Shown: positions 21,769-30,637, numbered from the stretch's first letter. The stretch: 40,580 nt of DNA from an uncultured Clostridia bacterium (GCA_944386705.1 CALXCC010000001.1:1-40580); one strand, 5' to 3'. Numbers and translations: made by a program. The notes: generated by a model not told the origin, from the letters alone.

Positions 21769-21832
21769 ACATTTTAAGACACAAAAAAGACAGTAACAAA
21801 AACCTATTTGTAGGCTTTTATTACTATCTTTT
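21769..21832. repeat. 64-bp direct repeat copy 1 (bidirectional terminator-like hairpin) downstream of the pilin-FGE gene
   Basis: ACATTTTAAGACACAAAAAAGACAGTAACAAAAACCTATTTGTAGGCTTTTATTACTATCTTTT matches 23065-23128 at 63 of 64 positions. It contains the nested hairpin AAGACAGTAA..TTACTATCTT, with T-runs on both strands. Confidence 0.8.
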
Positions 21833-21900
21833 TTAGTATATATTATCCTTTTTTGCTTGGCAATAATTTTTCATTTTGTAATATTATATTTTAATTAATA

Positions 21901-23016
21901 CTAAAAATATAATATCGGTCTAAACCCAACATTTTCATAAGCTCCATATATAAATTCTGATATACGTGCTCTCATAGTAATTTCATTATTACTATAGTAT
22001 CCTCCTCTTTTTACACAAGGATACTCTGAATTATTAAACATTTCTGTAGACCATTCCATACAATTTCCTGCCATATCATATACGTTACATTCTATATCTA
22101 CAGCATTTGTTGAATTTAGAATTCCAAAACCAGTTAATTGTGGAGAATCAGGATTTGTAGATAAACCTACTTGACTAGAATACATACTATTCTTCCCATT
22201 GGATTGAAAAAATAATGTAGCAGTATCTCTTGCAAAACTATTAATCAAGTCACTATTTATTCCTGAATACAAGTTTTTACATAAATCACTGGCCTTACAT
22301 TGAGTAATATAATTCCATACCTGTTGCCCTGATTTTGAAACTAACTCTAATTCCTCTCCTTTTTTAGGATTATATCCTGTCCAAATTTCTTCACTATCGG
22401 AGTTGGTTTTTATGATATTATTAGGATCATACCCTTCTACACCAGCCTCATATCTTCCTATATAATATCCTTTATTTATTCGCACACTATCTATAAAATT
22501 ATTAATATTTTTTGCTGGTTTACTTCCATAACCTAAATCTTCTTCTTTATACTCACCATCAAACTCTATTGGCTTTCCATTTTCGAAGTCATATCTTCCT
22601 AATAATATTTTTCCGCTTTGTACATCGCTTATAGTACCAGCTTCTCCCAAGATTCCATCTACAGGTATCCATACATATTCATTACCTTTTTTATCTATCA
22701 CTACTAGTCCTTCTGTAATTGTATTTTCTCCTTCTACCTGAGATACTGCAAATCCTGCTGGTATTATAGCTTTATCACCATTACTATCTATATACTCTTT
22801 ATTTTCTAAATTTGTTGAAGCTTCTAACGCTGTTAATCTTCTTAATTCCTCTTCTATAGATTCCTCCGTTTCTGACTTAGCTTCTTTTGCTTGTGTTATT
22901 ATCCCATTCTTTCCTGTTAGCATTGCTATGCTTACTCCTGCTAAGATTAGAAGTACAATTATCGTTATTACTAACGCAATTAAGGTTATACCTTTACTTG
23001 TTCTTTTGTTTTTCAT
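21901..23016 (-). CDS. Prepilin-like N-terminus fused to an FGE-sulfatase (SUMF1-type) domain
   Basis: The 371-aa ORF begins KGITLIALVITIIVLLILAGVSIAML. The C-terminal part reads YDMAGNCMEWSTE ... VKRGGYYSN ... GFRPILY, matching the hallmark GNVWEW / RGGSW / GFR pattern of FGE-sulfatase domains. Confidence 0.7.
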   Translation of the reverse strand: MKNKRTSKGITLIALVITIIVLLILAGVSIAMLTGKNGIITQAKEAKSETEESIEEELRRLTALEASTNLENKEYIDSNGDKAIIPAGFAVSQVEGENTITEGLVVIDKKGNEYVWIPVDGILGEAGTISDVQSGKILLGRYDFENGKPIEFDGEYKEEDLGYGSKPAKNINNFIDSVRINKGYYIGRYEAGVEGYDPNNIIKTNSDSEEIWTGYNPKKGEELELVSKSGQQVWNYITQCKASDLCKNLYSGINSDLINSFARDTATLFFQSNGKNSMYSSQVGLSTNPDSPQLTGFGILNSTNAVDIECNVYDMAGNCMEWSTEMFNNSEYPCVKRGGYYSNNEITMRARISEFIYGAYENVGFRPILYF

Positions 23017-23064
23017 TTTTTCATTTCTCCCTTCATTTTTTATTTATTTAATTTAATATTAAAA

Positions 23065-23128
23065 ACATTTTAAGACACAAAAAAGACAGCAACAAAAACC
23101 TATTTGTAGGCTTTTATTACTATCTTTT
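23065..23128. repeat. 64-bp direct repeat copy 2 (terminator-like), after the SecF-like gene and 48 nt upstream of the pilin-FGE start
   Basis: Differs from 21769-21832 by a single T/C at 23090. Confidence 0.8.
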
Positions 23129-23186
23129 CTTTTTTTTGTATATAAAGTTCATTTAATGCACTGCACTTTATGTTACTAAAGTGTAG

Positions 23187-23206
23187 CTCTCTCTCTCTCT
23201 CTCTCT
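23187..23206. repeat. (CT)10 dinucleotide microsatellite, (AG)10 on the gene strand
   Basis: Ten perfect CT units in an intergenic region of a very AT-rich sequence, immediately next to the hairpin CTGCACTTTA..TAAAGTGTAG at about 23161-23186. Confidence 0.9.
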
Positions 23207-23286
23207 TACAGTACCAATGGTTTTAGCGTATCCATTCATTTTATACTTGCTCCTTCTATTTTTTCTTGTTTTTTATTTTTTCTTTT

Positions 23287-23940
23287 CTACTGCTCTTCTT
23301 TTTTTCTTTCCAATTGTTTCTCAAAGTTTGTTGTTAATCCAATACAAGTTAATAGATAAACAGTAATTACCATTGGAATTGTTAATCTTCCTATTGGAAT
23401 TCTTATAATTGCAATTACTGCTAACAATGTAGCTTGCGATACAATTGAAATAATTACCACTTTTAATATTGTTTTTATTATTCCTAATTTTCTATATCTT
23501 ACTACCATATAAATTAATATTATTACTGTTGCTATAGTAAATGGTAGTATATATGGTTTTATCATATCTCTTCCTCTCATATTTGGAATAGATACTATTT
23601 CTGTAGTGTCTGCTGATATTTCTAATCCATATTTTTCGTTTACTTTGTTTAGTAAATTTTGCTTTTGTTCTTCTGTTATTTCTTTTGTAATAATGCTAAC
23701 TGAGTCTTCATATACTTCTACTTTTTGAATCATTACTGGTTCATTACCAAAAACTTCTTTGGTTATATCTTTAATATCTTTTATTTCGAAATCTTTTCCT
23801 ATATATAATTGCACTTTTTTAGTTTCTTGAAGTCTAAAATCAAAATTCAGACCTACTGTTATTGTTATAATTGTTCCTACAATAATAATAAGAGCAATGA
23901 TTGCTATTAGTATTTTTTGTTTGTTTGTCATTTTTTTCAT
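23287..23940 (-). CDS. SecF-like membrane protein (divergent)
   Basis: The 217-aa ORF has an N-terminal TM segment, then a roughly 100-aa extracytoplasmic domain beginning GLNFDFRLQ (compare GIDFTGG of SecF), then 3-4 TM segments. It is paired with the SecD-like gene upstream. Assigned on architecture only. Confidence 0.4.
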   Translation of the reverse strand: MKKMTNKQKILIAIIALIIIVGTIITITVGLNFDFRLQETKKVQLYIGKDFEIKDIKDITKEVFGNEPVMIQKVEVYEDSVSIITKEITEEQKQNLLNKVNEKYGLEISADTTEIVSIPNMRGRDMIKPYILPFTIATVIILIYMVVRYRKLGIIKTILKVVIISIVSQATLLAVIAIIRIPIGRLTIPMVITVYLLTCIGLTTNFEKQLERKKEEQ

Positions 23941-23952
23941 TTTTTCTACCTC

Positions 23953-25401
23953 CTATTTACTAGCTTTTATTTTTAATAATTGATTTGTTATTATAAAATT
24001 ATAAACGAAAATTAATAATATTCCCCAGAACATTACCATTCCAAAGCTACTTATAGGAGCCCAACTTATAAAGCAGAAAGTAATAACTGCAATACAAATT
24101 GGTATTATTTTTATAAAGAATTCTTTGTATGTTTCTTTTGCTTTATTGGAAATTATTTCTTTATTTATTTCTTTTTCTTTCTTAATTTTAGATAATAGTT
24201 TATTTATAAATAAGTAATTTAATATTAAAATTATTACTATTCCAAAAATGCCTTCTAGTGATAATAAAACATTTGCATATCTAATTAATAATAAGAATAT
24301 TGAAGCTAGACCAACATAAGAAAATGCTCCTATTAATCCATTTGTTTTATATCTAACTACTAATACTATTAGTGATATTATTGCTACTGCTATAATTATA
24401 TAACTAGCTATCTTTAATTCAGTATTCGTTATTTCTGAAAGTATATACTGATTTTCATCTACAGTATATTGTACCGGCATTTTTCCCGTATCTAATACCA
24501 CTGCCATACTGTTTGCTTGATTTATATAATCATTTAATGTTTCTGTATCTTTTGAACTACTTCCTATTGATAATTGTAGTGTTCCTGTTCTTATAGGCTC
24601 GTCAAAACTTGTTGTCATTATTTCTTCATCATCGATATTCATTGTAATTGTTTTTTCTGTTTGTTCTTCTGTAGATTCTTTATTTTCAGCATTTTCTGTA
24701 TCAGTTGTATTTTCTGTATTCTCTGTACTTTCGGTATTTTCTTGTGGTACATATTTGTTGCTGATTTCTTCTAATTTTTTTGTTCCTTCTTTTGTAAATT
24801 CTATATTTAGATATACTGTTGTTCCTGCAGTTGTACCAGTGCTTGAATCTGATCCATACATAACATTTACTAATTTTATATCTTTATTATCCATTAAGAC
24901 TTCTTTTGTTTCACTGTCTACAATTTCAAATTTTCCAGTAGTTCCTATGTTTGTTATAATAGAATCTGTTACATCGTTTTCTGGAATTTCTATAATAATA
25001 TCTCCAGCTTGTGTATCTAATCTTACAGAATAATTATCTACATTTAATTTTTTTAGTCTTTCTTCTATTATTTTTTTAGATGCTTTATAGTTTTCTTCTG
25101 TTAATGATTCTTGTGAATTATTTGCAACTTCTTCTTTTGTATATCCTTTTTCTGCTAATTCTTCATCTGTTAAATTTTCTGCATCTGTTACTTCTTTTCC
25201 TTCTGCATCTTTAATAATAGTTTTATTTGTATCATCTACTTTTAGTCTTATAGTTCTAGCTCCATTTAATTCCATAGTATAAGAATATCCTTTTATACTA
25301 TTTTCCATTCTATTTTGTACAGGAACATAAATCCCCCAAAATGCTATCATTGTAACTAGTACAATTGCTAGTATAATTGTTAATATTTTTACCTTCTTCA
25401 T
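23953..25401 (-). CDS. SecD-like membrane protein (divergent)
   Basis: An N-terminal TM segment, a roughly 300-aa extracytoplasmic domain with an acidic ENTESTENTENT tract, then about 5 C-terminal TM segments. The start is placed at MKKVKIL (25399-25401) after GGAGGAAATATC. The conserved GxxVDANV proton-relay motif of SecD is not seen. Confidence 0.4.
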   Translation of the reverse strand: MKKVKILTIILAIVLVTMIAFWGIYVPVQNRMENSIKGYSYTMELNGARTIRLKVDDTNKTIIKDAEGKEVTDAENLTDEELAEKGYTKEEVANNSQESLTEENYKASKKIIEERLKKLNVDNYSVRLDTQAGDIIIEIPENDVTDSIITNIGTTGKFEIVDSETKEVLMDNKDIKLVNVMYGSDSSTGTTAGTTVYLNIEFTKEGTKKLEEISNKYVPQENTESTENTENTTDTENAENKESTEEQTEKTITMNIDDEEIMTTSFDEPIRTGTLQLSIGSSSKDTETLNDYINQANSMAVVLDTGKMPVQYTVDENQYILSEITNTELKIASYIIIAVAIISLIVLVVRYKTNGLIGAFSYVGLASIFLLLIRYANVLLSLEGIFGIVIILILNYLFINKLLSKIKKEKEINKEIISNKAKETYKEFFIKIIPICIAVITFCFISWAPISSFGMVMFWGILLIFVYNFIITNQLLKIKASK

Positions 25402-25414
25402 GATATTTCCTCCA

Positions 25415-26074
25415 TTATAATAATTTTGCTCCATTTATTACTACTTCAAACCATACTTTTAGATATTTAGCTGCATATTTACTCATCATTGTTCTATCCA
25501 TAAATATTTCAAAATAGTCAAGTACAGGACATAATTTTGTGTCTATTGTCAAATTTAATATTATTTTCTTTTCCTCAACATCAATATCTAATTCAGCATT
25601 TGTTACTGCATAATTGACTCTATCGTGTATATCAAATGTAGATAGGTTTTTATTTGTTACTCTTTGTCTATGAACATCAGATTTATCTGCCAAAATGATT
25701 GCTGCAGATATCTCATTTACTGCTGTTCCTGTCTTTTCATCATGATTTCCTATTGCCATCATTATTTCTGTTCTTTCTTCTACTGGCATTCCCATATCTT
25801 TTAATATATTATAGGCAATTATTGCTCCACTATGTGCATGATCTGTCCTGTTTACACAATTTCCTATATCGTGTAAATACCCAGCTATCTTAGCTAGCTC
25901 TACTGTCCTTTCTGGATATCCTAATTTTTCTAAAATTTCTCCTGCTCTTTTAGATACAATAGAAATATGTCTATGGCTATGTTCTGTATATCCTAAACCA
26001 TCTAATTGTTTTTGAGCACCTTTTATTAAGGCTTCTACCTCTTCATTTTTTCTGACCTCTTCTAATGTAACCAT
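25415..26074 (-). CDS. HD-domain phosphohydrolase
   Basis: The 219-aa ORF contains HSHRH ... AGYLHDIGN ... GNHDE. Confidence 0.7.
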   Translation of the reverse strand: MVTLEEVRKNEEVEALIKGAQKQLDGLGYTEHSHRHISIVSKRAGEILEKLGYPERTVELAKIAGYLHDIGNCVNRTDHAHSGAIIAYNILKDMGMPVEERTEIMMAIGNHDEKTGTAVNEISAAIILADKSDVHRQRVTNKNLSTFDIHDRVNYAVTNAELDIDVEEKKIILNLTIDTKLCPVLDYFEIFMDRTMMSKYAAKYLKVWFEVVINGAKLL

Positions 26075-26147
26075 TTTGTCCCTCCTCTTTTTTAGTCTTT
26101 CTAAATTTTATATTAAAATGGAAAAAATATCAACTATTTTTTATAAA

Positions 26148-27488
26148 TTATTTTATATTATTGGTTCCTATATCTTTTGACCAAAGGTCAATTAGATATT
26201 GTGTTTCTGTTTTTGGAATTAAACTCATTCTATAAGCCGATATAGGTTTGTTTCTTTCAAAATAAGTTTCTTCTCCATTAGATACCGGTTTTAGCCACCC
26301 TTGACCTTTTACCCATATTTGATAAACTATTGAATAATCAGAATAACTTTTAAGCTTTACTCTTAGTCCACTTATTCCAAATAGATATTTTTGGGCAATT
26401 TCTTCTGGTATGGGTTCTCCAGCAATTCCTCGATTTCCTGCTCTATTTACTCCTGCTCCTCCTTGATATATAGAAAATTTTTTGTCTATATTTGATAAAA
26501 AGCTGTCTTTCATTGTGTCATAAGTATTTTCTCCTGGATTGTATCCATAATTATATCTTGTTTCATATGCTTCACATCTCCCTTGTATTCCAGGTCCCCA
26601 ATATGTATGCATATAACTTTGTAACTGGATAAAATCTTTTTCAATATTTCCGTCATAATATAATGAAATACCTTCTATTTTATATATCGAATTATTTATC
26701 ATATTTTCTTTTCCCACAATCTCATTGTTTCCATTACCAAATGACCAATTGCTTTTGCTGTTTAAGGCTCCATATCTTATTTTTGTATTAGTTGCTTTTG
26801 TAATATTTATATCAACTTGTGTACTATTTCCTGCTAAGTCAGTTACTTTAAATGGATATGCTACATTGTTTAAAAATTCTTTCTTTAGTTGTTTTTGATT
26901 TTCAGCGAGTTCCCAACCATTAACTTTTCTTATTAGTTCATTACTTGTTAAATTCATCATAATTTTTCCCGCTTCTATTGGTTCTTGTAAAGATGTTATT
27001 ACTGGTGATGTATTGTCGATTTCTATATTTGTGTCTAATACTGTTTCTTTATTTATTTGCTCTGACTTATCTTTTATAGTTCCTTCTTCTACTTTTATTT
27101 TTAATTTTCCATCGCCTAGGATTCCTTTTAATTTTATCTCATACATTACCATTTTAGAACTTGTACCTATTTTTTTTATATTATAAATTTCTGGCTCTAC
27201 TATTTTTTCTCCTACTATTATTTTAATATGATCTTTACCAAAATGATTTTCCTTTATATTTTTTTCTTTTACTATTATTTTTGCTTCTATGGTATTTGAT
27301 TTTTTTGCATAATGATTGTATTCTTTAGTATTATCGTTAAATACATCTATTAACTCTATAGTCGGAGGTTGTGGATCTATTTTTATTTCGGCAATCACCG
27401 CCTCATTTTCTATTACGTATTTAGCATATGTATTTGTGCTTATTATCATACATATTAAAAATATTAATAAAAAAACAATTTTTTTCAT
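26148..27488 (-). CDS. Secreted protein with a signal peptide and possible ChW-like repeats at the C-terminus
   Basis: The signal peptide ends TNTYAKYVIENE, similar to the 197-aa protein of the same operon. C-terminal units such as VYQIWVKGQGWLKPVSNGEE resemble clostridial hydrophobic-W repeats (tentative). The start is placed at the ATG 27486-27488, 8 nt after GGAGG. The ORF-track start is a GTG. Confidence 0.55.
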   Translation of the reverse strand: MKKIVFLLIFLICMIISTNTYAKYVIENEAVIAEIKIDPQPPTIELIDVFNDNTKEYNHYAKKSNTIEAKIIVKEKNIKENHFGKDHIKIIVGEKIVEPEIYNIKKIGTSSKMVMYEIKLKGILGDGKLKIKVEEGTIKDKSEQINKETVLDTNIEIDNTSPVITSLQEPIEAGKIMMNLTSNELIRKVNGWELAENQKQLKKEFLNNVAYPFKVTDLAGNSTQVDINITKATNTKIRYGALNSKSNWSFGNGNNEIVGKENMINNSIYKIEGISLYYDGNIEKDFIQLQSYMHTYWGPGIQGRCEAYETRYNYGYNPGENTYDTMKDSFLSNIDKKFSIYQGGAGVNRAGNRGIAGEPIPEEIAQKYLFGISGLRVKLKSYSDYSIVYQIWVKGQGWLKPVSNGEETYFERNKPISAYRMSLIPKTETQYLIDLWSKDIGTNNIK

Positions 27489-27506
27489 TTTATTCACCTC
27501 CTATTT

Positions 27507-28061
27507 TTATTTTCCTGTTACAATGATTTCAAAATTGTATTTTTCTATATTTTCTCCATCTTGCGTATCTTGTTTATTTTCTTCATTATTTATTTCATAA
27601 CACCATTCCCAATTTACTAAAATCTTTTTTGGTTCTTTTTTTCTTATTTTTCCTTCTTGTCCATTTTCTATTAAAAATTTTAGATTTTTTGGTTTTTTAT
27701 TTTTTCCTATAATTTCTATTTTGTATTGTGTATCTATATCTGATATTAATATGATTTCAAAATATCCCTTTGTCCCTGGTGCTACTTTTTCGTTTACTAA
27801 TGTTTTTTTGTCTATAGTTTTAAACAAATTAATACTTTCTTTTTTCTTCTCTCCTTTTGAAATCTTTATTTCATATTTGTTTGTCTTTTTATTAATTTTT
27901 TCTTTTTGTTTTTGTTCTTGATTTAAAAATTTGAAAAAAATAAAATCTTCTTGAAATTCATTGTTTCCGCTTCTTGAAGTTTTACATATTATAAAAATCA
28001 TAATAAGAATTAAAATAAATATACTAATTATTATTTGTATTTTTGTGTTTTTCTTTTTCAT
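27507..28061 (-). CDS. TasA/camelysin-like secreted protein, minor paralog
   Basis: It has an N-terminal signal anchor. It shares LVNEKVAPGTKGYFEII ... KPKNLKF ... VNWEWCYE ... DTQDG ... YNFEIIVTG with the 197-aa protein (LVNNKIAPGTSGNFNII ... KPANLKF ... ISWKWDYE ... DTQDA ... YTFKVSVTG). Confidence 0.55.
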   Translation of the reverse strand: MKKKNTKIQIIISIFILILIMIFIICKTSRSGNNEFQEDFIFFKFLNQEQKQKEKINKKTNKYEIKISKGEKKKESINLFKTIDKKTLVNEKVAPGTKGYFEIILISDIDTQYKIEIIGKNKKPKNLKFLIENGQEGKIRKKEPKKILVNWEWCYEINNEENKQDTQDGENIEKYNFEIIVTGK

Positions 28062-28067
28062 TGTCTT

Positions 28068-28562
28068 TTATACCCTTCTTTGTTCTGAATGTACTTTTAC
28101 TTGGATTTCTTGGAAGATATCTTCTGCTCCAGTATTTTGCGCTTGGTTATATTTTATTTCCATCTTATAGCTATCTTCTTGCTTTTTATCTTTACTTAAT
28201 AAAAATGTTTTTGTTTTGTTGTTTTCTAATGCTATTTCTTCGTTTCCTTTATATAATTTTAATGATATTGCGTCATTTACTGGTGATATTATTTCAATAT
28301 AGTATTCTAGGTCTACTTGTGTTATTTCTCCTGTTTCATTATGATTTTTAATCTTAAATTCATAGCTTCCTTCTTGATTTTTGTTATTAATATCTAATTT
28401 TTCACTATTTTCTATTTTTAAAATAGGTTTTGCAATTTCATTATTAGAATTTATTTCTATATTACTTATTTCTTTTCCCAAGCTAAATCCCGAAAAGAAA
28501 AATGCTAATATTAAACTTATAATAATTATTAGTGTTATTTGTCTTTTTCTGTTTTCTTTCAT
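28068..28562 (-). CDS. Secreted or membrane-anchored protein of the TasA-like operon
   Basis: The 164-aa ORF has a strong SD (AAAGGAGGTAAAA), an N-terminal hydrophobic segment, and then a beta-rich sequence. No family is recognised. Confidence 0.5.
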   Translation of the reverse strand: MKENRKRQITLIIIISLILAFFFSGFSLGKEISNIEINSNNEIAKPILKIENSEKLDINNKNQEGSYEFKIKNHNETGEITQVDLEYYIEIISPVNDAISLKLYKGNEEIALENNKTKTFLLSKDKKQEDSYKMEIKYNQAQNTGAEDIFQEIQVKVHSEQRRV

Positions 28563-28587
28563 TTTTACCTCCTTTTTATAGTTATAA

Positions 28588-28616
28588 ACGGGAAAAATTT
28601 TTAGTATTTTTCCCGT
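28588..28616 (-). terminator. Intercistronic hairpin (partial terminator or attenuator) after the first gene of the TasA-like operon
   Basis: An 11-bp perfect stem, ACGGGAAAAAT (28588-28598) with ATTTTTCCCGT (28606-28616), and a 7-nt loop. On the minus strand only UUUAU follows it. It lies between the 197-aa gene stop and the SD of the next gene. Confidence 0.5.
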
Positions 28617-28676
28617 CTATATGTATAAAGGCTTATTTTCATTTTCACTTTTTCTATAATCTTTATTTTTTCTTTG

Positions 28677-29270
28677 TTATGCTTGTGGTTCCACTTGTGT
28701 TCCTGTTACACTAACTTTAAATGTGTAATTTTGTAACTTTTCTGCATCTTGTGTGTCTATTAAATCATTAGCTTTAATTTCTTCTTCATTATTTCCTGTT
28801 TCATAATCCCATTTCCAGCTAATGTTTAATGTTTTGATTTTATTTTCATCATTTGCGTTTATTACTCCTGATAAGTTGTTTTCTAATTCTTGAATTGAAT
28901 TATATTCTACATCTTCATATATAAATTTTAGGTTAGCAGGTTTGTTTGCTTCTTCTTTGAATTCAATATTATAGTTAATTCCTACTTCTGAACCAGTTGC
29001 ATCTACTATAATATTAAAGTTTCCACTCGTTCCAGGGGCTATTTTATTATTTACAAGTGTTTCGTTATTAGAAGTAGAAGCAAGCTTAATTTCTTGTATA
29101 TGTTCTTTTTGATCATTTACTTTAAAACTCCATGTAGCAACTTCTGCTATTCCATCTCCTCTTATTTCTGTAATATATTTTGCATATGCTTGTCCTCCAA
29201 TAAATGCTAGCAATATACCACATAGTACAGCTACTATAAGTATTACTTTTTTCTTTTTACTCAAAGGCAT
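28677..29270 (-). CDS. TasA/camelysin-like secreted protein (probable major subunit; SipW-type-like signal peptide)
   Basis: The 197-aa ORF has a signal peptide ending FIGGQAYAKYITE (compare GGTxAxF of SipW-dependent signal peptides) and the APGTSGNFNII and WKWDYE motifs. The real start may be the TTG at 29262-29264, 6 nt after GGAGGG. Confidence 0.55.
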   Translation of the reverse strand: MPLSKKKKVILIVAVLCGILLAFIGGQAYAKYITEIRGDGIAEVATWSFKVNDQKEHIQEIKLASTSNNETLVNNKIAPGTSGNFNIIVDATGSEVGINYNIEFKEEANKPANLKFIYEDVEYNSIQELENNLSGVINANDENKIKTLNISWKWDYETGNNEEEIKANDLIDTQDAEKLQNYTFKVSVTGTQVEPQA

Positions 29271-29309
29271 CCCTCCTTTTTATTGATTTTTTTAATTTTG
29301 GATTTTAAC

Positions 29310-29335
29310 TTTTCGATTTAAATTTTTCGATTTAA
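29310..29335. repeat. Tandem TTTTCGATTTAA 12-mers upstream of the TasA-like operon
   Basis: Exact copies at 29310-29321 and 29324-29335 with 14-nt periodicity, 40-65 nt upstream of the 197-aa gene start. This may be an operator. Confidence 0.5.
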
Positions 29336-29553
29336 CTTAATTGATTAAATTTTGCCCTTACGGGAATATAAAATATTTTAAAAATTATAGAATCATATGA
29401 AAATGTACTTAAATTATAATTACATTAATTGGAATTGTCAATACATTTTATATGTTTTAACTAAACTTTTCATCGCAAAATTCGACAAAAAAATTAGGGC
29501 AGACAAGGTCTTAACTAACTATATCTTCCCTATTATATTTTATTTATTATTGT

Positions 29554-29941
29554 TTATTTTCTATTTACTCCTATTATTCCTCCTAATATCCCCAAAATGA
29601 TTCCAGTACTGATCATTATTATACTTTGAATATTTAGTCCAAATCGCCAATTTAAAAGACTTGAAATTATATAAAGTATTAACATATATATTCCACCAAT
29701 TAACGCACCATTTATTAACCCATTCTTTTTTATTTTCGTATTTTCTATAGAACTTCCGAATCAATATGCTAATTGCAGTTGTTACTATTATTACTGGTGT
29801 TATTGTATTTTCGCTAATATTTGTATATGTTAATATTATGGAAAAAATAAATAGTAATATTACTGTTAATATCATTGCAATACCTATTCCTTTTCCTATA
29901 CTTTTTATTGTATTATTATTTGCTTTCTGGTAATTTTCCAT
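29554..29941 (-). CDS. Small TIGR04086/YrzE-like membrane protein; restored by a +1 shift at in-frame CGG-A (29756-29758)
   Basis: The ORF-track product turns into nonsense (RKFYRKYENKKEW) after ..TTAISILI. Skipping the C gives ..ISILI|GSSIENTKIKKNGLINGALIGGIYMLILYIISSLLNWRFGLNIQSIIMISTGIILGILGGIIGVNRK, ending at the TAA at 29554-29556. Length 388 = 3n+1. Confidence 0.65.
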
Positions 29942-29997
29942 TTTTACCTCCTTGTTCTTTTTGTCTAATTTTATTCATAAAAAAAAGAAATAGAACT

Positions 29998-30567
29998 TTA
30001 ATATTCTATTTCTTCTAATTTTTCTATTATTTTTTTTATAATTTCTTCTCTTTCAAATGTTTTACCAGTTTCTTTTTTTAATGATGTTGCCAAATCTTTG
30101 GTTTCTTCAGAAAATTTTTCTTCATTTACATTAAACCCAAAACTTATTATTAAGTATACAATTTTTTCTCCTCTTGTATGTATTTCTGTTAAGATTCCAC
30201 ATATTTTTTTATTATTAAACATTAAATCATTTGGTTCTTTTATTTTTAAGTGATATCCATATAATTCATAGATTGATTGTTTTATAATTTCTGCTATTTT
30301 TGTTGTTAAACCGTCTAATTCGTTTGCTTTACATTTAGGATGTAATATTATAGTTACTGCTATATTTTTTCCTTTTCCTGTATACCAGCTTCTCCCTTTA
30401 GTTCCTATTCCTGCTGTTTGTACTTCTGCAAGTATTAGTTTACCATCATTTTTTTCTTCTTCTCCTATTTGTTTAGCATATGTATGGGTTGAATTTATTT
30501 CCTCATAGTATTCTATTTGTTTTCCTATTTTTTTAGTATTTGCTTGTTTTATTATTCTTAAATCCAT
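29998..30567 (-). CDS. Biotin-protein ligase family protein (short, catalytic domain only)
   Basis: The 189-aa ORF contains AEVQTAGIGTKGRSW (compare GRGRxGRxW) and NDLMFNNKKICGILTE. Confidence 0.6.
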   Translation of the reverse strand: MDLRIIKQANTKKIGKQIEYYEEINSTHTYAKQIGEEEKNDGKLILAEVQTAGIGTKGRSWYTGKGKNIAVTIILHPKCKANELDGLTTKIAEIIKQSIYELYGYHLKIKEPNDLMFNNKKICGILTEIHTRGEKIVYLIISFGFNVNEEKFSEETKDLATSLKKETGKTFEREEIIKKIIEKLEEIEY

Positions 30568-30637
30568 TTTTTCTCCCTGTTATTTAATTTATGCTTATAT
30601 TATATTACTTTGTTATTTTTTTGTCTAGTATTTTTTA

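Noticed and set aside
21769-23206. CRISPR array or other spaced-repeat array
   Set aside because: Only two copies of the 64-bp repeat exist, 1.3 kb apart and flanking a gene. The (CT)10 tract is a simple microsatellite. No cas genes are present in the window.
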